From Rhynchobatus australiae (taxonomy: Eukaryota): a stretch of 64,000 nt of DNA. The DNA is taken from assembly GCA_034780895.1 (NCBI GenBank), contig JAUZTB010000062.1:18751120-18815119 (forward strand), read 5' to 3'. Within the stretch, counting starts at the first letter, position 1, and each line of letters opens with the position of its first letter. Positions 1-14,732 of this stretch are shown piece by piece. Both the position numbers and the translations under genes were made by a program. The notes below the pieces were generated by a model, which searched no databases, was not told the origin of the DNA, and saw only the letters and a list, made by a program, of their open reading frames with translations.

Positions 1-30
1 TTGGCATTGTTAATGTAATTAAGAGAAGTT

Positions 31-107
31 AGATAAGATTTCTTCATCAGTCACATGTACATCGAAACACAGTGAAATGCAATTTTGTGTAAAATGTTCT
101 GGGGCAA
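31..107 (-). mobile_element. 3' fragment of V-SINE-like element
   Basis: Reverse complement matches the tail of the SINE at 32830-33125 (TTTCACTGTGTTTCGATGTACATGTGACTG...). Confidence 0.75.
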
Positions 108-502
108 TTAGATTTGGATTTAATGCACATTTTGGTTTTTAATAATCTCAAACTAACTAATCCAAACTCACTCAACAATTTTGAGTTTTTCAGTGCTCCT
201 GTTAACGTGAACAAGATGTAATCCATTAGGCTGACGGATATCTTTTCCTAGGGCTTCCACAGCTCTTTCACCTATTTCCACTTCTCTTTCACCCAGCAGA
301 CAGGCAGGAACAGCCCTCCAGAAACTTACCTTCTAAATGTTGGGAATGTTACGGCAATATTTATTGTAGCAGAAACAGATAGAAGTCAATGCTGCAAATT
401 TGATCCACATAGTTTTAACATTGGTAACTTGTAAACAAAATATCAAGCTGATTGTAATTAGATTGTGATTATTTCCACATCATTGCTAGGAGAAAGTCTT
501 CA

Positions 503-685
<183 letters not shown>

Positions 686-1264
686 CTAGAAGTACAAGGA
701 AAGAAGAATATTAGTGCTGATCTTAGGGAAACAAACAGGTTAAGGTCTAGGAGTTGATATTTCTTTGTAAAATTTCATAGGAGGGGTCAAATAATACAAT
801 TAATTGTTGAAGCATTTTTTGATCTTGCCCATGAAGCTTCTTCCACTCACTAAGTGGGTTAAGTCCTTGTTAGTTTCTATAATTCTAAGACTGAAAGAAG
901 ATATTCTCATGACAAATGAGCAGAAGTCAGAATCAGTTCCCCACCAGTAGTTAGGTGGCATGACCACTCTGAGGGATCCTCATTGAGAGGCTCAAATTAC
1001 CCCCTTCAATAACCTCATTTGTGATCTGGGAAGATGCAGAGAAGATAAACAATGGGGCAAAGAACAGATCAACACCAAAGAAATGGGAAATATTACAAGG
1101 GCTGGAAATTCACTGCGGGTCAGTAAGCCAAGGGAAGACATTTCATGCATGTGTCTTTTGTCAGAGCCTTAAAATGGATGAGTGTTAAACAAATAAAGGT
1201 TTGGGAGTGAGGGGTGGGTAAGAGGAAAAACAGGTCCATTGTTAAGCATGCTGGGATCAGGTTA

Positions 1265-1683
<419 letters not shown>

Positions 1684-2339
1684 GGATAAATACTACCAAT
1701 AAATAAATCTGTTTTACATATATTGCCAGCAGAACACCCAGTTCTCCGAAACAATCCTCTGCCCTTCACCTGTGGAATGAAGGAAGGCAGGACTGGGAAA
1801 TTTGACGGGAATGGTTTAATACAAAAAGGAAGAAAAATACATTTTCTAGACCATAGGAACCCCAGTGAAAAGGGTCAGTTGTTTCTTCATAGTACTGCAG
1901 ATAATGCAGGGGTTATTTGTATGACAAAAACATTCTATATAACATATTTTATGGATACCAAAAACATTACTCATTGCAGAATAATTGCTGGCAGGGAGAT
2001 ACAGCCCAGTATTTCAGCCTTGATTGCAGCCAGATTCTTCAGAAGTTTAGAGCACCCTAAGACTATGTAATTTTGGTGAAGTAGAACATCTATATCTGTA
2101 CTTACTAATCGTCTTAAATGCTATTTTCCTATACTGATACTTTGATAATTGATCTTGTTAAAAATTCCAATAATGTGGTGCTTAAGGAATAGCAAACGAT
2201 ATATTTTTCCATAGCTAAAGCTGCAGAAACTCTAGATAGAATCTGAACATCTTTGGATTCCCGCCTCCCGAGTGGAATGTTCCCCAAGGATTTCCAAAGT
2301 GATGGAAGTATTTTTAGACAAGGCTATTCGTGTCTTTAC

Positions 2340-2564
2340 CTTGTGTGCATTGTAGACCATAGCAGGGAATGCTGACTTTGGATGCAAGAGTCTTGAAAGC
2401 TTCAACCGACCCCTCAATTGGGTGGACAAAGAAGAGAGGCCGCTCATTACTCTCCACGTTATTCAGCTGGGTGATGGTTGAACCTTCAGGATTGACAAGT
2501 AGGACATTGAGGTCCAACTCTTTTGGTTGCGAATCTATTGGTGTCAAGGGAGCGGATTTTGATT
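2340..2564 (-). CDS. FASN: FASN exon 39 (ACP-TE linker and TE start, [10 protein letters not shown])
   Basis: 225 nt; ACAG| acceptor, G|GTAAA donor. Confidence 0.93.
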
Positions 2565-3433
2565 CTGTACAAAAGAATATATCAATTACCCAGAGCAAGG
2601 CTACGTGCATTTCATTTGTACTTGAATGTACAACATCATTATATATTTTGACAGCAAATGAAATCTGTAGAAACTGCAACAGAAATAAAAAAAATCAGAA
2701 AATAGCTTAGGTGGCATTTGAGTGAGAACTGACTGGATTTTGCTATAAGCAGAGTTACAAGAGCACTTGCCTCACAGCCCCTTAGGATTTCAAAAGGTGT
2801 TTTAAAAAAAAACGTTAGCATGTATTTATTCATGCAACGTTTAGAAAGAAAGCAAGCAACCCAGATTAATCTGTCTATCCTTCTTCACCTTCACTGAGTT
2901 TTAAAGGGGAGGGTCAATGGAAGATGTAAAAAATTTCCTGGATGCTCCAGATGCCATGGCTGTTCCAAGCTTGGGTTTACACCATGGCATGCTGGGAAAA
3001 TAAGAAATGGGTACACAAGGAGGAAAAGATTTATCTTTGCTTTCAGCCCACTGAAGAGTCAAATCGTTCTTCTTACACAAGGGATAATAGAAATCTGGAA
3101 TGCTCTCCCACAAAGAAAGTGTGGATTCTAGCTCAATTGACTCTTTGATGACTGAGATCAACAACATTTTTTGATAGCAAGTGTTAAAGGTTTTGGGGAA
3201 AAGTCAGGTGAACAGAGATGAGATACAGGTCAGACATCCACCATAGATTCTGGAGCAGGCTGACCCTAGCCAAGTGCATTACCACCAAAATCTTCCTACA
3301 TCTGCAGAACTTTTCAAACTTAATTAGATATTTTACATTAAATTCTGGCAATACCTACACTTCAGGTATAACAGCAAACAAACCTTGGGTGTACAGTTTT
3401 GTTGGAACAGCAAAAAGAAATTCAAATTCCTAC

Positions 3434-3622
3434 CTCCTGTACTGCTAGATTTATCTACTAGTTCACGCAATTTATTGATGGTGAGTTGTCGGATTTCTCT
3501 CATTGTCATGACTATTTCATAGTCCCTTTCAAGTGTTTGTCGTACTTCCACTGCCATCAGTGAATCAAGGCCTAGGTCAGCGAGAGTTGAATCTGGGTTC
3601 AACCCATTAACATCACGTGCAC
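3434..3622 (-). CDS. FASN: FASN exon 38 (acyl carrier protein, GLDSLM phosphopantetheine Ser)
   Basis: 189 nt; CAAG| acceptor, G|GTAGG donor. Confidence 0.95.
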
Positions 3623-4699
3623 CTTGGAGAAGGAGGAGAATGGAATTTTAGCTCAACAGATCAAGATCAGCAACTGTGATCACATGGTCACTGCAAAGTC
3701 ATTGGTTGTATAAAATAAGCTTTCAGATATGGTTAAGTACATGTGAATAGTAAATTCCCGATTTGTTGATTCTTGTGTATGAGAACACAAGTTGAGCTTG
3801 CAACATACATGTGACTATCAGTTGTGCATGTTCATTGTTGATTAGAATGCCTGGTTACAAGTGTTTGTGTATACTCTTTTTACTTAAAACGTTGCTGTTT
3901 GATTCTCCTGATGCATTTAATTTAAGTGTCTGAACTGAGTCGATCCAGGTCTCAAAATCAATCCCTGTCTGTGACGGGCTAGTTCCACCAACATCAGGTT
4001 AAGGCATAACAGCAAGGATTAACTCTCCATATCACGAGTCAAGCACACTATCTGAAATGCATGTTTATTTGTAAGGTAAGGAAAGGACTTAGTTGCCACA
4101 CACTCCAACAGTTTAATGCTCTGCCAATGCTTACAGTAAAACATACACACTAAAAAACATTCAGACCATAACTGGTGCATTCCAAACCGTGCCCTATTGC
4201 AGAATCAACAGGAAGTGTGGGTGGGTTAAAATTCAACTTGGCACATGACTTACAGAATTGGATCAGCTGGAGTGTATAAACATCCAAGGTCAAGAGAATG
4301 CCAAGCAGGGAATTTAACAATCAGTTAACCAGCTACTTCTGATCCTGTGCTCAGTACAATATTGAATTTGACCCTCAACATGTTTAAGATGAGAAAAGGG
4401 CAGAAAATTGATGGCGAGAAACTGGCAAGAACCCTTTGTCGAAAGGTTTCCTGCTGGATAATATCCAAACAACCTTCATGGGATGTGCCAAATATTTGGA
4501 ATGGTCATAATTTACAGATGATTTTGTTGTAAAATGACAATAAGTACAAAGATGACCTAAGCATACTTTAATCTAGAATTTTTGAAAAATACTGAGGCAC
4601 AATCTGTTATTTTAGGAAGTTTAATCAGTGCTGCTGGTCAGTCAAAGTGCTGCTGGTTGTCTAAGTGTGGGCTTGGTGAATACTGGGCTTCAGTGAGGA

Positions 4700-5200
4700 G
4701 GGCGAGCAACACCAAGGCAAGGCGAGCGTAGGTTCTTATTCTTCTTCTGTCTCTTTATTTTTCCCTCAAAGCTTTTAGTCGTGGCAGGTGAAGTCAGACC
4801 CGTGTCAGGCTCCTCTTGCGCAATGTGGGAACTCAGGGAGACTGCCAGTGTCCCCGATGACTACATGTGCAGGAAGTGTGTCCAGATGCAGCTCCTGACA
4901 GACCGCACGACGGCAATGGAGCTGCGCACGGATTCACTTTGGAGCATCCGCGATGCTGAGAATGTTGGGGATGGCACGTTTAGTGAGTTGGTCACACCGC
5001 AGTTTAAGGGCCTAGGGAAGGATAGGGAACGGGTGACCAACAGGCAGAGCAGTAGCAGGAAGGTAGTCCAGGAGTCCCCTGCGGTCATCTCCCTCTAAAG
5101 CAGATATACTGTTTTGGATACTGTTGAGGGAGATGGCTCAGGGGAAGGCAGCAGTAGCCAGGATCATGGCACAGTGAGTGGCTCTGCTGCACAGGAGGGC
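4700..5200 (+). mobile_element. CR1-type LINE 5' region / ORF1 fragment
   Basis: ORF 4781..5098 (SSCAMWE...YMCRKCVQMQLLTDR...ELRTDSLWSIRDAE) has the zinc-finger plus coiled-coil pattern of CR1 ORF1. Confidence 0.75.
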
Positions 5201-5746
5201 ACGTCCCATTCCCACATTGACATGTCTGTTCACGGCCTCCACTACTGCCAAGTTGAGGCCAGACGCAGATTAGAGGAACAGCATCTCATATTCCACCTTG
5301 GTAGTCTCCAACCTGACTGCATGAACATCAAATTTCTCTAACTTCTAGTAACCACTCCCATCATCCCCTCTCTTTCTCCTCCCCCACTGTCTCAATCTGC
5401 CCATCACCCACACATTCCTCCCTCCAGTTCCCCTCTTCACCTCCTTCCCTTCGTTCCATGGACCAAGGTCCTCTCCTATCAGATTCCATCTTCTTCAGCC
5501 CTTTGTCACTTCCACCTATCTCCTCCCAGCCTCTTGCATCATTCCCACTCTCCCCTTCCCCTCACCTGGATCCACTTATCACCTGCCACCTCTTGCTCCA
5601 CCTCTTCCCCTCACCATTTTATACTGTCTATCTCCCCTCTTTCTTTCCAGCCCTGATGAGAGTCTTGACCCAAAACATCAACTGTCCATTTCCCTCCATT
5701 GATGCTGCCTGACCCACTGAGTTCCTCCAGCTTTTTGTGTGTTGCA
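5200..5746 (+). mobile_element. Penelope-like element 3' part (GIY-YIG C-terminus, pyrimidine-rich tract, decayed hammerhead)
   Basis: Encodes SHSHIDMSVHGLHYCQVEARRRLEEQHLIFHLGSLQPDCMNIKF; tail GATGCTGCCTGACCCACTGAGTTCCTCCAGC is shared with several other copies in the window. Confidence 0.8.
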
Positions 5747-6520
5747 CAAGACGTAATATAGTATTTTACTCTTACACGTGACCTTTGTCAGCCTTATCTG
5801 GAAAAGATACTGAAGCTTTGGAAAGGATGCATAAACTAGGTTTGTACTGGAATTTAGAAGATTAAGGGATGATTAATAGAACCTTTCACATATTATGGTA
5901 AACTCAGATGGCATCTATTTCCATTGATTGGATTAGGAGGTAAAACCTAAAAATTAACGCCAGGCCTTTCATTTAGCAAACATTAGTCCATGCAGAAGGT
6001 GCATGGAACTCTTTCACAACCAGCAGTTAACACGGGTCAATTATTCATTTTAAATCGAAGATTTTTGTTAACCAATAGATATCATACATAGAAAAGACGA
6101 GTTTGTGGAACTAGGTCAGAGATTACCGAAGAAAATCACTGATCAAATTCAAGGAGGCTAAGTAGCCTACTCCAGTTCCTATTTTAACTCACAGAGGAGT
6201 GCCACTAGACTAATTTCCAGAATGCCAAACTAGTTAAGAGGCAGACTAAAAGATATGTTGTTTTACAAACACATAACTGCTGCTAATTATCCTTTCATTA
6301 ACTTTGTTCAGTATGCAAATAGCAATGTTCCTGCTGTATTGTTTGTAGTCAAAGTTCTAGCTGTAAATGCTCCAGTAACTTACAGTATTTCAGAAACAAT
6401 TGTTATTAGCTGCTTTGTAGTGTAGGCTTCCAGAGTTAGGACCTAAACAGACAGATTGTTTTGCAAAGTAACAAAGCTACATTCACTTGGTATGAATACC
6501 CATGTTTACAATGTAAACTA

Positions 6521-7006
<486 letters not shown>

Positions 7007-8784
7007 TTAAGTGCTTCCAGTTGGTTGCTCAAATGTCATTTGGCTATATTACATGTCCCTTCATTCCTGACCTCTGTTATTCAAGTGTTATGAAGGAAAA
7101 CAATACAGCTAAAGTACTGTTATGTTATTGGGTGAGTAATTGTTTTTGGGAATGTTGCCAAATTGCAAAGAGATGTAAAGGAAGGTAGATTGTCATACAA
7201 ACGAGAAAATTTGAATGAGATATTTTGTGTTGTGCCAAGTACAATTACTATGTATGATTAATTGAATACGATGCTCTCTCCAGTTTTGCTTGCTCCCCAA
7301 CCTATCACCCCATTTACACCCCCCAACAAAGCAGAAAAAGAATTTACACCCAGAGATAAGATAGCCTGTGAATTAGAATTACATTACTTCACAATAATAA
7401 CCGTTTCACATTAAACTGGCTGATATNNNNNNNNNNNNNNNNNNNNNNNNNNNNNNNNNNNNNNNNNNATGTTATTTTCAAGAACATTAATAATAAATAG
7501 TAGTTACTGAAAGTTAAAAAAGTAAAGATATTATTGTGGGGAGCAAGAGAGAAGGTTGGGGAGAACTGAGTATTAGAAAGGAAATTGCACACCATTTACA
7601 AAAGGGAAAATGTAATGCCTCAGAATTTGCTGGAGTAGGTGACCTTGTAGAACACTCATTTAGATGTTTCCACATTCCCGAACGATAGGACATAACGTAC
7701 AAGCTGCTGGAAGTGCGAGATGATAGTGAGGAAAGTGGAGTGTCAAAATTCTATTTTATGGGGTCTATGAAAGCACTGGAGTAAGTCTTTACTTGAGGGT
7801 TGAGACCTGCATCAGTATTAATTCAAGAGCTTCACCCACAAAGGTAGTCATTGGAGGATTCAAGTTGTCCATTGTTTTAAGGATGCATGACTTTTCATTG
7901 TTGATGATCAACATCGGGACTCCCTTGGTCTCACTTGCCTAACTTTCTTCCACAATTGCTTTCCTTACACATCTCTCCTTCACCCTCCATCACCTCCCCC
8001 AACCCTGCACAATTTCCTCCCCAATTTGTTCCTTCAGTCACTTTCACAATACCACATATTTGAAGGGTGTATTAGAGATGCTACATGACGTTCTGGGGCT
8101 TGTGTGCAGTAGGGCAATCTGAAGGTTTGATGTCAGGTTTGGGCATCCCTGGTCTATCTCCTCAACCAGTTAGAAAAGTATCATGAGTAAGATCAGGTCC
8201 AGGAAAAGACAATTGGAGCAAGAGATAGAAAAAAAAATGAGCTGAGAGAAAATACCAAATTTTAACTTCTGTAAAGCTCTTTAACAATTTACTGCCTGCA
8301 AGTGGAGTCCAGTTTAAGTTGTTCTGTTGCAAGATTGGAGANNNNNNNNNNNNNNNNNNNNNNNNNNNNNNNNNNNNCTTTCACTTTCAGAAGACAAAAA
8401 AACCACAATTTCTGCCAACAAGCACTTGCAGGGGCTGCTGGTCACGTGTAGCATCACGTCACCCCAGTAAAATTCTATTATAGGAGGCTCAAGAGAACAA
8501 AGAAGCTGGCGTAACATTTTGCGGGTGAGGGGAATAAATAATTAACTGAGTGAGTGAATGTAGGACCTTCTTCAAATTCATTGGCAGGTTGAAGACCAAC
8601 AGCTGCTTTTGCAGTGGGGTGGTGCAAATCACCTGGTAAGTTTTTTCTGTTTCACAATACACAGGGCACCCCCCCTCACCATAAATTTGCACATTAATAA
8701 CAGCAAACCAATGCTGTTTATTTCAGCAGCATATTCCAGGCTTATATACATGTTTAAATGCATAATTAATTTAACACCAAGTCA

Positions 8785-9024
<240 letters not shown>

Positions 9025-9034
9025 TTAACTGAGG

Positions 9035-9715
9035 TTATAAGACAGATGTGGTTCAATTGGAAAGAGTGCAGGGAAGATTTACAAGGACCTTGTCAGGACT
9101 AGAGGGCCTGAGCTATAGGGAAAGGTTGGCCATGCTAGGTCTTTATTCCTTGGAACGTAGGAGAATGAGAGGTGACCTTACAGAATTCTTTAAGATTATG
9201 AGCGGCTTGGATAAGGTGGACGGTAACAGTCTTTTCTTCAGGATAAGGGAGCATAGGCTTAGNNNNNNNNNNGGGGGGAAAAGACATTTATAAAGGAATT
9301 GAGGGGCAACTTCTTTCCCACCACCCCCCCAACCCCCACACACACAAAAAGGGTTGTATAAGGGATGTGACGTACTGGAACGAGCTGCCAGAGGAAGTGT
9401 TTGAGGCAGGTACAACAGTATCATTTAAAAAGCACTTGGATAGGTACATGGAGGGGCATGAACCGAATGCAGGAAATTGGGACTAACTGGGCGGGCAACA
9501 TGGTCGGCATGGACCGGTTGGGCTGAAGGGCCTGTATCCGTGTTGTATTGTTCTATGACNNNNNNNNNNNNNNNNNNNNNNNNNNNNNNNNNNNNNNNNN
9601 NNNNNNNNNNNNNNNNNNNNNNNNNNNNNNNNNNNNNNNNNNNNNNNNNNNNNNNNNNNGGCATGGACCGGTTGGGCTGAAGGGCCTGTATCCGTGTTGT
9701 ATTGTTCTCTGACTC
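9035..9715 (+). mobile_element. CR1/HER1-like LINE 3' fragment
   Basis: LERVQGRFTRTLSGLEGLSYRERL...SLERRRMRGDL plus the typical tail GGGCTGAAGGGCCTGTATCCGTGTTGTA. Confidence 0.85.
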
Positions 9716-10147
9716 TACAACTTGCCGCATTTAACTGCGTGAAAGTCAGATTTAATAAAGTTAAAACAGGACAAAGTTCATTGCCGGGATTACCGAGCCC
9801 ACTGTGTGTTTAAAATCAGTATTCCCAAATAAAGTTTGTTGAATAGAATGAGTGCTCCAGAAAGAAGAATGGATTTTTGGAGTGATTTGGTTTTTGAGGT
9901 TTTCAAATAACAAGATGTCACGTCAAACTAAAATGGCAATAGTCTGGCTCACGTGGTCCTGCCAAAGCAAATGAACACGAGAAGGTAACACAAGTGAAAG
10001 GGTCAATCATACGTTCAGAAGAGAATGCAAACTGGTTTTCAATAATATAGATGAACAGATTTTATTGCTCAAGTAAAATGCTCACTGTAATTTGCTTTCC
10101 TTGCCCTCCCTTCCCCCCCCAACCTAAATACTTTCAACATTTACTTA

Positions 10148-10258
<111 letters not shown>

Positions 10259-11073
10259 TTAAATGAGATTTCTTCAAATTTGAAGGCAATTTTTAAGTGA
10301 ACTATGATACATTGCAAATAATCTGCTCACCAGATACTACAGAACTGTAATCAGATTTGAAATCAAGTTCAGATATTAGAATTTGATAGAGCAGACATTT
10401 TCCCCCAATCCAGATTCGATCCTGATCAAAATTAATGAACATTTCCAAATCCTNNNNNNNNNNNNNNNNNNNNNNNNNNNNNNNNNNNNNNNNNNNNNNN
10501 NNNNNNNNNNNNNNNNNNNNNNNNNNNNNNNNNNNNNNNNNNNNNNNNNNNNNCAAATCCTGTATATCCCCATCCAACTGATGCTGAAGGAGCATCTTCA
10601 TCAGAAGGATTGCAGCAGTTCAATGTGGTGGCTCACCACCACCTTCAAGGCCAATAGGCGCTGGCATTCCCATCAACATATCAATGTCAAATCTGTCTGT
10701 GGGAAGTAGCTAAACTTTAAATATTTTAAAGAGGATTTTAGTCTGTGGGGTCATTTGCAGCCATAATACTTGGGGCTTCTCTTGAATGAAAATCAATCAT
10801 GGCAAAGTGTTTTTGGAAACATTTAATGCAGTGGCAAGTTTGGATGAAACTGGTTAATTATTTCTGGGATTTTTCCTCTCCCTCACACCACCCTTTATTA
10901 CAGGCAAATCCAGCTGAAATTAGCAACCACCTTCACCTAATCCCTTCCAGCATACACCACTTCCATGGTGGGGAGGGATGCAGAACATCTCCATTCACTT
11001 TAATGATGCAGTCCATGGAAAAACCCAGCCCAAAAATCACTTATTGTCCAAAGGAAAAGCTAGTACAAATTCA

Positions 11074-11376
<303 letters not shown>

Positions 11377-12103
11377 CTAAAAATCATTTAATCCTGCAAA
11401 GTTCTTGTGACCACAGCTTCAGAGAGGTTAAAAGTTCCCAACAGATAAATAATGGCGAGTAGCAAATTCAGTTTCCCNNNNNNNNNNNNNNNNNNNNNNN
11501 NNNNNNNNNNNNNNNNNNNNNNNNNNNNNNNNNNNNNNNNNNNNNNNNNNNNNNNNNNNNNNNNNNNNNNNNNNNNNTCCCATTACTGGAAACAAACCAA
11601 AGGAGGCTAATTAGAGAAGTAACTTTACCCATTAACAACATAGAACATAAATCAGTGTGTTGACTGCTTGACCCAAGGTGTCCATGAATTTCAGAATATG
11701 GTAATTATTTGTTCCAAAACTCAACACTCTGTATAAATTTTTTTTCTGCCAAATGGAAAACTGAAGCTACATAGAAGTCCTACAGGAGTGTAATAATTCT
11801 ACAAAAGGATTAATGTTGATCAAAGTGAATGAAGATATTGAAGAAAGTAGGATTTTACTTTGGGTAAACTGGAGTTTTAAAAGTTACAAATAGATTTAAT
11901 AACCAAATTGTTTTATTAGTCAATCAGTATATTAAACCTTTCTCTTTCTCCAGCTCCAGAAATGTACATGCCATTGGTTTCATGCATGGCATCTTTTTTT
12001 CAGAATTCTTAAACTTAGGTATTGCACATACAATTAACTACTTGGAAATCACTGCCTTATTATTCAGGTAAACATCTCAGCTATATTGAGCTCAGTGAGA
12101 TCA

Positions 12104-12355
<252 letters not shown>

Positions 12356-13873
12356 TTACTCTGAACTGAAGAGAGCAGTTAAAAGACAACCACATTTCTG
12401 TGCATCTGGAAATCACATGTAGGCTAGATGGGCAAGGATGGTATATTTCCTTCCTTGGAGGAAATTAGTAACTTAAACTGTTATAAAAACCCATTTCGTC
12501 ATTTCATTGTCACCTAAAATGGTCCTAGCTTGAATTTAAATATCCAGTTACAGTGACGAGATTTATGTCAGATCCCTGGATCAGTAGACAGCTGTTCACC
12601 CGAGTCCATCAGATAGAGAAAATAAAAACTACACTGAAATCATAGAACCATGGAAGATTACGGCAAAAGGCAAGTTGGTTCCCTGTGTACATGCCACCCA
12701 TTTGTTGGAGCAGTCCAAAACTAATCTCACACTCAGCTCACTGCCCATTCTTCCTCTGATTTAAACATTTACTCAACATTTCCCTGGAGGTTGCAATGCC
12801 CTATCTCAGCCACTCCCCACTAAGCTCTCAAGTAAAAAAATTATCTCCCAATCTCTCTCCTCACTTGCTTAGTAGCAGTTTAAAATTAATGATTCTTCCC
12901 CCAGAATTCCAACCGGAAGAAATATTGTCAACCTGAAATGCTGTTTCCTTTGCAGCTCCTCATCGGTGCTGCCTGAACTGCTGAGTATTTCCTCGCATCT
13001 GATTTTTTTTTTCCCCCCTCTTTTTAAAAAATATAATTTCCTTGTTTAATCTTACTGAAGGCCTTTTTTGTTTCAAATGTCCTCCCATTCTATTTGAAAT
13101 AATCAGGTTCTTTGGTCTTTCCTTACAGCCATTGATTCTTTATCCTCTTATCATGTGTAGGCTCTAATAGTTAAGCATCATTAAGTGAAAGCCAGAAATA
13201 TTCAGTGGCATTACTCCCTGCTGTTTCAGATGCCTCCAAAGGAGAATTCACTATTACTTACAAAAAGCCTGTGAGCACCTCCCAAGTGAAACTACTTCAA
13301 GATTGGGATAGATGTAAAAATTACCACTCCCATCAATTGGGAGTAATACCTATAAGCTAAACCTTAACCAATTCATTTTATATATGGATCTCTTTTGTTG
13401 CACCACTCCTCTTGAGTCTTTATCTAAATTAAGATTAGCACTAAATGTGTTACATTTTCCTTTTTGCAATGATTTAATTTAGTTCCTAAATTTATCTTAC
13501 GTTTCTGCTATAGGCATGTCAAAAGGCAATTCTCGCATGCTACCTTAGAAAGCTGCAAAAGATATTTGCGTACAGTACTTAATTCATTTGCTTCACAAAC
13601 TTGTCTTTCTGGATTTGATGCATAGATTTGTTTCACACCTAATACTTTAACATACAACTAGTCTTGTCAGTTCTTAACAGGTTTGTTGGAGGGCAATTAG
13701 CAGAAGCACAATTCTGACTCAATTCTAGGGCAGGTCCAGAATATTTGACACTACAATGGCTTTTAAATCCCTTCAACCATTTAAAGAGCAACTCCTTCCC
13801 TGGTAATCTTAATTGCAGGCACCTTGCAGGAATGAAAAGTTACATTATGTGACAAAATATTTTTCAACCTCAC

Positions 13874-14097
13874 CTTCAAAACCACTTTTCCAATATGTTT
13901 ACCCTGTGCCATAAACCGGAAGGCAGATTCCACATCATCTCGATCAAACACAGTGGTCTTCAGAGGTTTGACCACTCCACTGTGAATTCCATCCTTCAAG
14001 AGCTGGGAAACTTCCTCCCACTCACTATTTCCTTCTTCAAACAGGGCATCAAGCAGGATTCCGTGGAATGCAATATTCTTTAGGAAGACAGCCATAC
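13874..14097 (-). CDS. FASN: FASN exon 32 (ER C-terminus, [11 protein letters not shown])
   Basis: 224 nt; CAG| acceptor, AAG|GTGAG donor. Confidence 0.95.
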
Positions 14098-14309
14098 CTG
14101 AAAATAACAGATGCTTGTCTTAACAGAATGTTTGAAACTAAACTCGCACACAGAAAGAGAGTACATGTTTTGGACATCACTTTGAGTCAATTCATCATGG
14201 ATTTAAATAACTTGAATTTAGATTTACAGAAAATGAGTTACTTTTTGTTGCAGATGAAACGAAAAATGAAAATGCTTTCTCCAGTTCCATTTCACGCCAG
14301 CATGCTTAC

Positions 14310-14432
14310 CAAGTGGATTGTTATTAGAAAGGTCGTATTTGCCAATCTCAAGGAAGCGTCCATGCCGAGCCAGACAACGGAGACTGGCCTGTAACTTCTC
14401 TTCAGCTAATGAATTCAGCACCAGATTGACTC
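14310..14432 (-). CDS. FASN: FASN exon 31 ([10 protein letters not shown])
   Basis: 123 nt; GCAG| acceptor, G|GTAAG donor. Confidence 0.95.
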
Positions 14433-14732
14433 CTGCAGGCAAATTGTATTACACACAGTCAAATCAACTGGAAATTATTCTTTCTATTCATTGAAAACTT
14501 TGGTAAGGATACTAAAGAGCTCCCTGTAGCAGCTAATATTCTAAAATATGCAAGGCCACCTCAAACCAACCATGGTACAAACACGCACCATGGCATTAAA
14601 CAGTAGACAAAAAGTTAGAGCTACAGCCATTATCTTTCTTGTGCATTTTTTCCCTCATCATCCAAATGGTGTTCAAGTGGCTTCAAGAGGTGGAAAGATT
14701 ATTGTCATTAGTAGGAGGACACACCCACTTGA

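Noticed and set aside
320-345. Strong AAG|GTAAGT donor in intron 41
   Set aside because: No convincing upstream acceptor defining an exon.
686-720. Possible in-frame alternative acceptor like the chicken FASN thioesterase insertion I recall
   Set aside because: The nearest upstream AG is 31 nt away, out of frame and followed by TAA.
9500-9715. Apparent tandem duplication of the CR1 tail on both sides of a 100-N gap (likewise short repeated flanks at the 10454, 11478 and 28411 gaps)
   Set aside because: Identical sequence flanking fixed-length gaps indicates overlapping contig ends, an assembly artefact.
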